Assembly: GCA_965223845.1 (NCBI GenBank)
Contig: CBDCXR010000004.1
Location: 3,904,001 to 3,968,000, forward strand
From: Planctomycetota bacterium
GTDB taxonomy: Bacteria > Planctomycetota > UBA8108 > SXIK01
Length of the DNA stretch: 64,000 nucleotides
Reading direction: 5' to 3'
The notes under the pieces were generated by a model that was given only the letters and a program-made list of their open reading frames with translations, searched no databases and was not told the origin of the DNA. How positions within the stretch are numbered: position 1 is the first letter of the stretch; the number at the start of each line of letters is the position of its first letter. This document shows, one piece after another, positions 29,560-39,050 of this stretch. The position numbers and the translations under genes are program-made.

Positions 29560-30129
29560 ATGAACTCGGGTGAACTCAAACGCGGTGCAGTGATCAGTGT
29601 GAACGGTGCGGCGTGCATCGTCGAGAAGGTCGCGGTGCAGACGCCGTCCTCGCGCGGGTCGACGACGCTCTACAAGGTTCGAGCGCGCGATGTGCGAACA
29701 AAGCAGAAGGTCGACGCGACCTTCAAGGGCGGAGAGCAGATTCCCGAGCCGAGCTTCGAGCGCCGCGACGTCCAGTACCTCTACTCGGATCCGAACCACT
29801 GCTTCTTCATGGACATGGAGAGCTACGAGCAGTTCGAGCTCGCGAAGGAGGATCTCAAGGAAGAGATCCTCTACATGTACGAGAACATGGAGGGAATCCG
29901 GGCCCTCGTCGTCGACGACGAAGTGATCGGCATCGAGCTCCCGCTCGCCGTTGAGATCGACATCGTCGAGTGCGATCCCGCCGCACGCGGGAACTCGGCG
30001 ACCAGTCGAGCGAAGAACGCGACGCTCGCGACCGGCCTCGTCGTTCAGGTCCCCGAGCACTTGAGCCCGGGCGAACGCGTGCGCGTCGATACGACGACGG
30101 GGAAGTTCGTCAGCCGCGTCAGCAAGTAA
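29560..30129 (+). CDS. yeiP: Elongation factor P-like protein EfpL (YeiP)
   Basis: EF-P fold (FMDMESYEQ, K.ATL.TGLVVQVPE). The loop reads TPSSRGSTTLYK with an Arg tip, like EfpL SPTARG, rather than PGKG. Confidence 0.82.
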   Translation: MNSGELKRGAVISVNGAACIVEKVAVQTPSSRGSTTLYKVRARDVRTKQKVDATFKGGEQIPEPSFERRDVQYLYSDPNHCFFMDMESYEQFELAKEDLKEEILYMYENMEGIRALVVDDEVIGIELPLAVEIDIVECDPAARGNSATSRAKNATLATGLVVQVPEHLSPGERVRVDTTTGKFVSRVSK

Positions 30130-30139
30130 GGACGGCGAG

Positions 30140-32065
30140 CTACGGCACGGCGAAGTAGCCGAGCAGGATCGCCATCTCGTCTTCTGACGTCAACCCGAAG
30201 GTGAGTGGCGGCGAGTTTGGACTCGGTGGATCGTGGTAGGTGTGCGTCGTCTCGAAGCGCAGCCCCTGCCCCGGCACAAGGACGAGCGGCGGATCGAAGA
30301 CCTTGTAGACGGGATCGTCCCAGTCGTGGGAGTCGTAAACCATTCGGGGCGGGTCGACGTCGCCGCCGCCGTCGATCAGAAAAGCGCTGAAGCGATCGCC
30401 GTGCCGGTGCATGTGGGAGCTGAGCGCGTAGACGTGAGTCTCGCGCACAACTCGGCCCGCCAGTCCGATCCCGGGCGTGATCGCCGCGGTCGTCAAGTTC
30501 GGAAACGTCCACTCGGTCGTCCTCGTCGTATTCGGCGGAACGTTGATGGACGGATCGATCTCGAAGAGCGGCTGAACCTCGGTCGTGATCTCTCCCGGCT
30601 CGGCGAAGAAGAAATTCACGTAGACCTCGCCGCGGAGGACCTCCTCGCCGTTCAAGTTGAGGTAGTGCGAATTGAAATCGAAGCTCGTGTCGCGCGAGAA
30701 CTTGATCCCGACGCCCGGTGGAAATGCGAGCGAGAAGAACGACTGCTGAGAACCGATTTGGAAGCGCCGGTTCGTCACGATGTCGACGGTGCTCCCGATC
30801 GGGCGAAGCCCCGCGCTCGGTTTCGAGTCGCCGATCCACTCGTAGATAATGAAGTGGTGGCTCTGCTCCATCATGTGAATGTCGACTCGCTTGATGTAGA
30901 TCTCTTCCGCTTCGAGGTCCTGGAACGGCTCGTCGACGAACGAAAAGATCTCGCGCTCGGAGCCCGGTGCGATCGAGAACGGTTCGAGGTGAATCTGGAG
31001 ACCGAACTCCGGCACCGGCGGCTGCGGCATCCGCTCGATTTCGGGCGGCGGCTCCTCGCTGATGTCGGGAACTCCGGCGATCGTTCCCTCGCGCGGCGCA
31101 CCGGCGCGGATCCATTCGCGGATGGCATCGATCGTAGCGCCCGAGAGCGGGTCCGGTGAGTTCGCCGGCATGCGGTTCCCCTCACCCGGTCCCGGAGCGA
31201 TGAGCTTCTTGAGGAGAAAACTTCGATCGGGATCGCCAGGGGCGACGCGGACGAGACCTTGCTCCTGGGCGGCGACGTTGAAGACCGCGACCCCGACGAG
31301 ATCCTCGTAAGCATCGTCGGCCGTGGCGAGAGAGAGTCCCGCTCGCTCGGTTTCGGCGCTGTGACAAGACGAGAACGCACACGTCCGAGCGAAGACCTTC
31401 TCGTAGATGCTGTCGAACGAGAGCTCACCCTCGGCGCGGCACGGCGCGTACTCGTCCTCCGTCATCGCGGGAGGAGGCGGAGCATCCCCGAAGAGGAAAT
31501 TGAGGAGCCGGATCGGATCGACGATGTCGACGCGACCACTCGCATTGACGTCGGCGAGAGGCAGGCATTCGGGTTCAACGCCGTCGGCAGAGAAGAGAAA
31601 GTTGAGGACGAAGATCGGGTCGGTGATCGTTCGGTTTCCATCCTCGTTCACGTCGCCTCGGAGCGGGAGATTGCGAAGAATGAGTCCCCCCTCGATCCAC
31701 TCCTCGATCGTATGGATGTCGCCCTCACTGAGCGGATCCAGCCCGAACGGCATGCGAGCACCGTGCGCGGGAGTTTCGTTCGCGATCTTGTCGAAGAGCG
31801 GGCTCTCGTCCGGCTCGCCGGAGACGACGATCGGACCGCCGTACTGACTCCCCACGCTCGCAAGGATCGCCTCGTAGCTCGACAGATCGACGCCGCTCGT
31901 TACTTGGCCGATGTGACACGCTCCGCCGCCGCAGGACCGGTCGAGAATCGGTCGAACGTCGTGCTCGTACTCGACCGTCTCATGCGCGCGGAAATCTCCT
32001 CCCAGCGCGAGCCAAAGCGCGGCGCCGAACAACCAACGTACCGTAGCGAACTGTCGCGTATGCAT
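30140..32065 (-). CDS. Secreted modular protein: planctomycete cytochrome c, dockerin-like module, second cytochrome c, copper type II (PHM/DBH-like) monooxygenase
   Basis: Signal peptide; CGGGACH..RMP..WI.GG; RGDVNEDG..DPI..LF repeated twice; CAFSSCH..RMP..WIRAGA; Cu ligands SHH, NSH, SHMH, DEM. Confidence 0.82.
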   Translation of the reverse strand: MHTRQFATVRWLFGAALWLALGGDFRAHETVEYEHDVRPILDRSCGGGACHIGQVTSGVDLSSYEAILASVGSQYGGPIVVSGEPDESPLFDKIANETPAHGARMPFGLDPLSEGDIHTIEEWIEGGLILRNLPLRGDVNEDGNRTITDPIFVLNFLFSADGVEPECLPLADVNASGRVDIVDPIRLLNFLFGDAPPPPAMTEDEYAPCRAEGELSFDSIYEKVFARTCAFSSCHSAETERAGLSLATADDAYEDLVGVAVFNVAAQEQGLVRVAPGDPDRSFLLKKLIAPGPGEGNRMPANSPDPLSGATIDAIREWIRAGAPREGTIAGVPDISEEPPPEIERMPQPPVPEFGLQIHLEPFSIAPGSEREIFSFVDEPFQDLEAEEIYIKRVDIHMMEQSHHFIIYEWIGDSKPSAGLRPIGSTVDIVTNRRFQIGSQQSFFSLAFPPGVGIKFSRDTSFDFNSHYLNLNGEEVLRGEVYVNFFFAEPGEITTEVQPLFEIDPSINVPPNTTRTTEWTFPNLTTAAITPGIGLAGRVVRETHVYALSSHMHRHGDRFSAFLIDGGGDVDPPRMVYDSHDWDDPVYKVFDPPLVLVPGQGLRFETTHTYHDPPSPNSPPLTFGLTSEDEMAILLGYFAVP

Positions 32066-32237
32066 TCGACGGGTCTCGATCGGAAACTAGGGGAGTAGCC
32101 GCCGCGCTCGAACGTCGCGCGAGATTCAGCGACCCATCCCGAAGTTCCGACCATACCGCCCGTGACGGCGCTTGGAAAGAACTGCACCGCATCTCTGCGG
32201 ATGCGTTTCGTAGACTCGCTCGGCGAGCTCCCCTCGC

Positions 32238-33218
32238 TCAGCGCGGATCGAGTCGATTCGCGATGACCCGCCGAGCGATGACCGCGGAGCGGATCGGCGC
32301 CTTCGTCTTCGGATCCGCGATCTTCGCGGCGGACTCGAGGAGCGGGCGCGCCTCGCGCGCCCGGCCTCGCGCGAGGAGGTCCCGCGCGCGCCCGAGCTTT
32401 TCGTCGGCGACGATTTCGGCTCGCGCGAGCGCGCTCGACTTCCACTCGGTCGCGGTCGCCCGGGCTCGAGCGGCGATCGGATGACCCTTGAAGCTGCGCT
32501 CGAGGCGTCGCGCGAGGCGCTGCGCCGGTCCGTAGCACCCGCGCCGAGTGAGTGCGGAGAGCTGGCGCAGTCGGCGCTCGCCGAACTCTTCGAGAGCTCG
32601 CGCCAGCTTGGCCGCGGAGCGATGCTCCCGCGCGAGCGAATGGAGGATCGCGTGCGCTTCGCCGTAGGAGCCCCGTTCGACCGCAGCTCGCGCGCGCCCG
32701 TACTCGTCCGGCGCGCCACTCTTCTTCGGCAGACGATATCGAGGGAGGTGCGCCTCGATCACCGTCGTCGACAGATGCCATGGGTGCCCGGACCACACGA
32801 CGCGTCCGTCGGGCGCGAACAGCCACGACCACGGCAGCTCGTTCGTGCCGAATTCGGATCCGACTTCCGAGACTAGCCCGTACTCGGCATCGACCCGCTC
32901 GCGAAAGTCCATCACCTTGTGCGCGGGTTCATCGGTGACACCGACCGCGACGAATCCGAGCTCGCTGTACGCCGATTGAAGCTCGTTCAACCAGGGAACG
33001 ACCGGCCGGCACAGCCAGTTCCAGGTCGAGTACCGCTGGACGAAGACGAGCTTGCCCTCGAGCGCACCCCACGACGCCACCGGTCCCTCGGGAAGCCAGC
33101 GGCCCTGCGTCGCGCGCGACGGCGCGATCGGATCGGCGGCGTCCGAAGCGGCGACCGGAGCGACGCTGCCGAAGAGTGCGAGAAGGACGAACGAGAATCT
33201 CAGCCGAGAAGGAGGCAT
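32238..33218 (-). CDS. Exported TlpA/redoxin-fold protein with degenerate active site and helical C-terminus
   Basis: Signal peptide; LEGKLVFVQRYSTWNWLCRPVVPWLNELQ..GFVAVGVT..LP..LF.PDGRVVWSGHP matches the TlpA fold, with NxxC instead of CxxC. Confidence 0.75.
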   Translation of the reverse strand: MPPSRLRFSFVLLALFGSVAPVAASDAADPIAPSRATQGRWLPEGPVASWGALEGKLVFVQRYSTWNWLCRPVVPWLNELQSAYSELGFVAVGVTDEPAHKVMDFRERVDAEYGLVSEVGSEFGTNELPWSWLFAPDGRVVWSGHPWHLSTTVIEAHLPRYRLPKKSGAPDEYGRARAAVERGSYGEAHAILHSLAREHRSAAKLARALEEFGERRLRQLSALTRRGCYGPAQRLARRLERSFKGHPIAARARATATEWKSSALARAEIVADEKLGRARDLLARGRAREARPLLESAAKIADPKTKAPIRSAVIARRVIANRLDPR

Positions 33219-33445
33219 CGCGAGGTATGGTCTGGGATGAGCGGCGCGAGAGAGTCGCGGCGCCGGGAAAGGAGAGAGGACTGCCGCAAGATGTACCGCG
33301 ATTCGGTCATCGTTCTGTAACCCCGCTCGCCGATCGACCGACCGGAGGCAACGAAAACCTCACCGAGCGACGCGTCGAGCTCCGGCGCAGAATCCGACGA
33401 TAGGGCATCCCGGGATCTTCGCAGCCGTTTCCGCGTACCGCTCCG

Positions 33446-34327
33446 ATGGACACTCAGCTCACCACGGTTCGGAACATTCTCACGCGGACGACCGGATACC
33501 TCAGAACCGTGACCTCGCACTCCGCGCAGCCGTATCGCGGCTGTGCGTTCGGCGCTTCGCTCTGTGGCGTCGGGTGCTACGTCCGCCACAACCACTACGT
33601 CACGCAGGGACGCGAGTGGGGACGGTTCCTCGAGGCGCGCGAAAACGCCGCTTCTTCTTACCGCGAGAACGTCGAGCGCGAACGCCGCTGGGCGCATCGC
33701 CGCGGGACGCCGTTTGGGATCTTCCTCTCGAGCTCGACCGAGCCGTTCCTTCCCCAGGAGTCGCGGCTCGGCATCACTCGCGCTCTTCTCGACGCGATGC
33801 GCGCGTCTCCGCCCGATCGCCTGATCGTGCAGACCCACTCGACGAGCATCTCCGACGCAATCGACGAGCTGACCGGACTTTCGCGCCTCACCGACCTCCG
33901 CGTCCATCTCTCGATCGAGACCGATCGAGAGTCGGTGCCCGGACTACCCCCGCATGCGTGCTCCGTTGAGAATCGATTCGAAGCCGCCGCCAGAGTTCGC
34001 GCGGCGGGACTGCGGACGATCATCACGGTCTCTCCGCTCCTACCCATCGATGACCCCGAACGGTTCTTCAAACGCATAGCAGAAACCGCGGACGCAGTCG
34101 TCCTCGACCACTTCGTCCGCGGCGACGGCTCGCCGGACGGAAGCCGGACGCGTCGAACGCCGCTCCCGCTCGCCATGGAGAGAATCGCGCCGGGATCGAT
34201 CTCGCTCGACTACCTGGATGCGATGGTCGAACTTGCCGAGAGGATTCTTCCCGGCCGGGTGGGTGTCAGCATGGACGGGTTCGCCGGGAGGTACCGCCCG
34301 AGAAGCGCGGGTTCCGAGGCGCTCTGA
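33446..34327 (+). CDS. Radical SAM protein, spore photoproduct lyase-like
   Basis: NILTRTTGYL, QPYRGCAFGASLCGVGCYV, IFLSSSTEPFLPQE, HLSIETD, TVSPLLP. Confidence 0.8.
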   Translation: MDTQLTTVRNILTRTTGYLRTVTSHSAQPYRGCAFGASLCGVGCYVRHNHYVTQGREWGRFLEARENAASSYRENVERERRWAHRRGTPFGIFLSSSTEPFLPQESRLGITRALLDAMRASPPDRLIVQTHSTSISDAIDELTGLSRLTDLRVHLSIETDRESVPGLPPHACSVENRFEAAARVRAAGLRTIITVSPLLPIDDPERFFKRIAETADAVVLDHFVRGDGSPDGSRTRRTPLPLAMERIAPGSISLDYLDAMVELAERILPGRVGVSMDGFAGRYRPRSAGSEAL

Positions 34328-34350
34328 GTGCTGAACGGAACGCCGCCGGT

Positions 34351-36360
34351 TCAGCGCGGCGGCGCGCCGCCCCGGCGTCGCCGCCGCGACGGACGCGCCT
34401 TGCCGCCGGCCTCCTTTCGCGCCGAAGCGCTGCCACTGGCCGGCGGCGGGGCGACGCGTGCTTTCTCTCGAGCCGGTGGCGCGAGAGGAAGCTCGAGCTC
34501 GATCGCGATGGAACCGAGCCACTTCGATTCGTCGTTCTTCGTGCGGCGGAGACGCTCTCCGCTCACGTTCAGCCGCCCGCGATACCGGCGGAGCACGTCG
34601 CGCGCCCAGCGGAGCAGCCCGGCGTCTCCCTCCGGAGGTTCCGCGATCTCGCGGGAAGATTCCGATCGCTCGGCTGCCGGCGTTTTCGCGGAGCGAAAGA
34701 GACGCCGGCGGTCCCCGACCCCGAAGCTCTTTCCCACCGCCTCGATCCCGACGAGCACTCCACCCCGGCGGCGCCGGAGCACGAGACGTACCGGGGCGAG
34801 CGGCTCTCCGTCGCCGTCGCCCTCGCTCCGGTCGATCGCGTACGCAACGAGTCGATCGACGATGTCCCGGACGTGCTTCCGCTCCGCGACGACGATCGCA
34901 CGGTCGGCGAGCCCGCGCGTATCGAAGCCGAGCGCCTTCGCTTCCGCGGCCGCGCGCGCGCGAACGAGGCACTCGTCGAGCAGCTTGCGAAGATCGAAGC
35001 GCTGCCCCGGAATCTCCTCGTTTTGACGGACGGTCTCGCGAAGCGTCGCCAGCTCGCTCGTGACCGCCCCCAGCCTCGATTCCGATTCCGCCGCGAAGCG
35101 ATCCAGCTCGCCGAGCCGGTAGCTCTGTACCAGAGCCGAGGCGAGCCGGACGAGCGGCACGAAGTCGGATTCGTCGAGATCAGTCGAGCTGAGCTCGCGG
35201 CCGGGATCGGGCGAGCCGAACGCGACGACGGCGCGGCGACCGCGCGCGACGAGGGGAAGAAAGAACGCGCTTTTCGTGAGGAGGGTCTTCGCATCGGCGG
35301 CGCGCTCGTTGGCGCGCACTCCGCTGATCGTCGCCGAGATCGCGCCGCGGCCCAGTCGAACCGACTCCGTGACCTCGAGTCCCTCGCTCGGCGCCTCCGG
35401 TAGACGCGACCAAGCGAACGAGAGCATCCCGGGCTCGACGCGCCCGAGTCCGACTGCCGCTGCGATCGGAACCTCGTCGCCGCCGCTCGGGCGATGGGCC
35501 GGTGACGCGAAGAGCGCGATGAAGGAAAGCCCGAGGCGCGCGCGGACTCGTTCGAGATCGAGCTCGCGCTGCGCACTCTCGAGGGAATCGAGGAGCGCCT
35601 CGATCTCGCGCCGCTGAAAGTCAGCCCAGCGGCGTTCAGCGATCTCCGCGAGGCGCGCCGCGAATGCCGCGAGCTTATCGTCGAGCTCGATCGAGCACGC
35701 CGGGATCTCTCCGATCTCCCGTACGAGTCGCTCGCGCGCATTGTCGTCGCGCGGCTCGATCGTCGCCGAGCGCGCGGGATTCGCCTGCTCGGCCCGCGTG
35801 AGCTTCCCGAGCTTCCCGACGCTCTTTCGGATGCGCACGCGGTCGTCGTCCGACTCGACGCGGCGTCCGGCGACGAGAGCGCCGAGCGCTCGTCCCTCGA
35901 CGATGATCGGCGCGATCGAGTCCGTGAGCCCCATGTGGCACCGCCGCCGCTCGACTCGATCCACGGGGCGAGAATCCTCTCGACGAGCGTCACCGAGTGC
36001 GACGAGTGTCTTACGAACAGCGAGTGCCTCGCAACGCGCGCAAGCCGCATCCGCGCCGCGAAACGCGATCGCGTCGCCGGCCGCCGCATGGATCGTTCCC
36101 CGGCGAAAATACGTGCAGAACGGATCGGGCGGGTCGCCTTCCAGTTCGTCCGCGCACAGGGCGCGAAACTCCGGTGGGACGGATCGATCATCCCGCTCCC
36201 GCGCTCCGCTCGCCGGGTCGCCGACGTCCACCTCACACGCAGCGAGGCCGCTCAATCGTTCGCCCACTGGGCCTCCGGCGCCCGCTCGTAGGAGAAGCTT
36301 CAGCTCACCCGCGGGGATCAGATCGGTCAGGCGCTCGGGGCGAAGGGGCCACGTCGACAT
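34351..36360 (-). CDS. PocR ligand-binding domain protein with degenerate histidine-kinase-like ATPase region
   Basis: PFCTYFR..CARCE..RCHMGLTDSIAPIIVEGRALGALVAG (PocR); C-terminal FDLRKLLDEC..IVDRLVAYAIDRS..GLLRWARDVL..GRLNV resembles HATPase_c. Confidence 0.7.
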   Translation of the reverse strand: MSTWPLRPERLTDLIPAGELKLLLRAGAGGPVGERLSGLAACEVDVGDPASGARERDDRSVPPEFRALCADELEGDPPDPFCTYFRRGTIHAAAGDAIAFRGADAACARCEALAVRKTLVALGDARREDSRPVDRVERRRCHMGLTDSIAPIIVEGRALGALVAGRRVESDDDRVRIRKSVGKLGKLTRAEQANPARSATIEPRDDNARERLVREIGEIPACSIELDDKLAAFAARLAEIAERRWADFQRREIEALLDSLESAQRELDLERVRARLGLSFIALFASPAHRPSGGDEVPIAAAVGLGRVEPGMLSFAWSRLPEAPSEGLEVTESVRLGRGAISATISGVRANERAADAKTLLTKSAFFLPLVARGRRAVVAFGSPDPGRELSSTDLDESDFVPLVRLASALVQSYRLGELDRFAAESESRLGAVTSELATLRETVRQNEEIPGQRFDLRKLLDECLVRARAAAEAKALGFDTRGLADRAIVVAERKHVRDIVDRLVAYAIDRSEGDGDGEPLAPVRLVLRRRRGGVLVGIEAVGKSFGVGDRRRLFRSAKTPAAERSESSREIAEPPEGDAGLLRWARDVLRRYRGRLNVSGERLRRTKNDESKWLGSIAIELELPLAPPAREKARVAPPPASGSASARKEAGGKARPSRRRRRGGAPPR

Positions 36361-36921
36361 CGAAGGTGCACCTCGGAGTCGCGCGTCAGCGCGCGGAAAC
36401 GGGAACCGTCCATGATGAACGGGGCGCCGTCCCTTCTCAATCTCCCGTTCGCCGAACTTCGACTCGAGCCCGCGCGGGAGCGAATCTGCCGCAAACGCGG
36501 CCAGAAATCGCCCGGTTCCGCCGATCCATCATTCTGGGTGAATGCGTTCACGTGCCAGGGACCAAGATCGGACTTTCAGCGAGTGCGGTGACAGCGAACT
36601 CGGCTGAACATGCACGCGAGCAGAGGGTCCCCAGAACCGACGAGGACGAGCCGCGAGACCTAGTGCGGCGCTCGAGGTCGTCGAGGACGGAACACCGCGA
36701 CGACCTCGGCGGTCTTCGCACACCTGAACGGGCCGGTCGACCGCTTTCTTCGCCTCTCGAGATCCCGTCCGCGGTGTCGAAATACCCCGTAGGCGGAGAC
36801 CGCCACCGCTGGGGCATGGCCAAACCCGAGGTGAGACTTCACAATAGCCGAACCCGATGCGATCGGACGCGGGACCCATCCGTCATGTACAGCCGTTTCG
36901 ACCCCCATTCGAGTCAGTCTC

Positions 36922-39033
36922 GTGAGAGCTCCACGCCGCTTCCCCATTCTTTCGGTGATCCTCTTGACCGCTCCCATCGCCGCTGACGTTCCGGAAACTC
37001 GAACCGAGCCGGTCCGAGAAGAGATTCACGGCGAGACCATCGTCGACCCGTACCGCTGGCTCGAAGCGCTCGAGGACGACAGCGAGGAAGTGCGCGCCTG
37101 GACGACTCGACAGAACGACTACACGCGCGAAATCCTCGATCAGTTTCCCGGGCGCGAGAAGCTCGAGAAGCGGATGGCCGACCTCATGCAGATCGGTGCG
37201 ATCGGAACTCCGCGCATGCGTCTCGGCCGGTACTTCTACAGCGAGAGAAAGGGAAACGAGAACCAGGCCTCGCTCTACGTCCGCGAGAGTCACGATGGTC
37301 CCCCGCGCCTCCTCCTCGACACGAACGGACTCGACGAGAAGGGTCTCTACAGCCTCGACTGGTACGTGCCGAGCCGCGACGGCTCGCGCGTCGCCTTCGG
37401 GCTCAGCTACGCGGGCGACGAGATGACGGTGCTCCACGTCCTCGACGTCGACAGCGGAGAGTGGCTCGCGGACGAGATCCCGGGAAAGACTCGCTTCGGC
37501 GGTTGGTCACCCGACGGCGAGAGCTTTCTCTACAGCCGCCTCGAAGATCCCGAGGATGCCTACTCGCGCTCGGTGAGATTCCATCGCATCGGACGACATT
37601 TCCGGCACGATCCCATCCTTCTCCGGCAGACCGTCCCGAGCGAGATCCCGGGCGCGTTCCTCAGCGAGAACGGCCGCTGGATCATCACGGAGATCTTCAA
37701 GGGCTGGTCGAGGCAAGACGTCTACGCTGTCGACGTCGATCGCTGGCTGCGGACCGGTCAGTTCGAGCAGGTACCTGTCGCCGTCGGCTTCGACGCTCGG
37801 TTCTCCGGCGAGGACGTGCTCGGCGACACGCTCTACCTCTCGACGACGCTCGACGCCCCGAACGGCCAGCTCTTCGCGATTCCGCTCAATCGGCCCGAAC
37901 GAGAGAACTGGAAGCCTCTCGTGGCCGAACGCGAGAAAGCCGTCCTCGAGTCGGTGCAGATCGCACGCGGCTACGTCGTGTGCGCCTACACCGAAGACGC
38001 CGTGTCGAAGTTCGAGCGCTTTCGTCTCGACGGAAGCCCGGTCGGCCCGCTCGAGCTCCCGGGTCTCGGCTCCGCGAACCTCCGCACGCACCCGGAGCGC
38101 ACGGAGGCGTTCCTCAGCTACACCAGCTTCAACGAGTCGCAGAGCATCTACCGCGTCGACCTCGCGACCGGAGAGCGCTCGCTGTGGGCGCGCCCGGAGA
38201 TCCCGGTCGATCCGGAGAGTATCGAGGTCAAGCAGATCCACTACGCTTCGAAGGACGGGACGCGCGTCCCGATGTTCGTCATCCACCGAAAAGGCCTCGC
38301 GCTCGACGGCAAGAACCCCTGCGTCCTTTACGGATACGGCGGATTCAACATCTCGCTCACGCCGAGCTTCAGCGCGACGCGCTTTCCGTGGTTCGAGCAC
38401 GGCGGCGTGTTTGCGATCGCGAACCTGCGCGGGGGTGGTGAGTACGGTGAGGCGTGGCATCGCGCGGGGATGCTCGAGAACAAGCAGAACGTCTTCGACG
38501 ATTTCTACGCCGCAGCCGAGACCCTCATTCGCGAGGGCTACACGAACGCGGGGCAACTCGCCTGCTGGGGCGGCTCGAACGGCGGTCTCCTCACCGGAGC
38601 CGCGGTGACTCAGCGGCCGGATCTATTCGCGGCGGCGATCTCCGCCGTGCCGCTTCTCGACATGCTTCGCTATCACAAGTTCCTGATGGCGAAGTTCTGG
38701 GTTCCGGAGTACGGGTCGTCCGAAGACCCGAAGCAGTTCCGCTGGCTCCGAGAGTACTCGCCTTACCACAACATCGAGAAGGGACGGCGCTACCCGGCGC
38801 TCTTCTTCACCGCGGGCGAGAACGACAATCGCGTTCACCCGCTCCACGCGCGCAAGATGGCGGCGGCCATGCAGGCGCTAGCCGGCAACGATCCCGAGAA
38901 GGACCCGATCCTCCTCTGGGTCGACCGCGACGCCGGTCACGGCGCGGGAAAGCCGCTCCACCTCCGAATTCGTGACGTCGCAGATCGTTGGGCATTCACG
39001 ATGCAGCAGACCGGAATGGACCTGACGAAGTAG
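36922..39033 (+). CDS. Prolyl oligopeptidase (S9A), exported
   Basis: Signal peptide; DPYRWLE, SKDGTRVPMF, YGYGGFNIS, NLRGGGEYG, GGSNGGLL (catalytic Ser), DNRVHP, AGHGAG. Confidence 0.95.
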   Translation: MRAPRRFPILSVILLTAPIAADVPETRTEPVREEIHGETIVDPYRWLEALEDDSEEVRAWTTRQNDYTREILDQFPGREKLEKRMADLMQIGAIGTPRMRLGRYFYSERKGNENQASLYVRESHDGPPRLLLDTNGLDEKGLYSLDWYVPSRDGSRVAFGLSYAGDEMTVLHVLDVDSGEWLADEIPGKTRFGGWSPDGESFLYSRLEDPEDAYSRSVRFHRIGRHFRHDPILLRQTVPSEIPGAFLSENGRWIITEIFKGWSRQDVYAVDVDRWLRTGQFEQVPVAVGFDARFSGEDVLGDTLYLSTTLDAPNGQLFAIPLNRPERENWKPLVAEREKAVLESVQIARGYVVCAYTEDAVSKFERFRLDGSPVGPLELPGLGSANLRTHPERTEAFLSYTSFNESQSIYRVDLATGERSLWARPEIPVDPESIEVKQIHYASKDGTRVPMFVIHRKGLALDGKNPCVLYGYGGFNISLTPSFSATRFPWFEHGGVFAIANLRGGGEYGEAWHRAGMLENKQNVFDDFYAAAETLIREGYTNAGQLACWGGSNGGLLTGAAVTQRPDLFAAAISAVPLLDMLRYHKFLMAKFWVPEYGSSEDPKQFRWLREYSPYHNIEKGRRYPALFFTAGENDNRVHPLHARKMAAAMQALAGNDPEKDPILLWVDRDAGHGAGKPLHLRIRDVADRWAFTMQQTGMDLTK

Positions 39034-39050
39034 CCGCGACGTCGAGCGGC

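Noticed and set aside
36361-36921. 560-nt divergent intergenic gap with several short ORFs
   Set aside because: None has a recognisable motif, RBS or typical codon pattern; treated as a promoter region.
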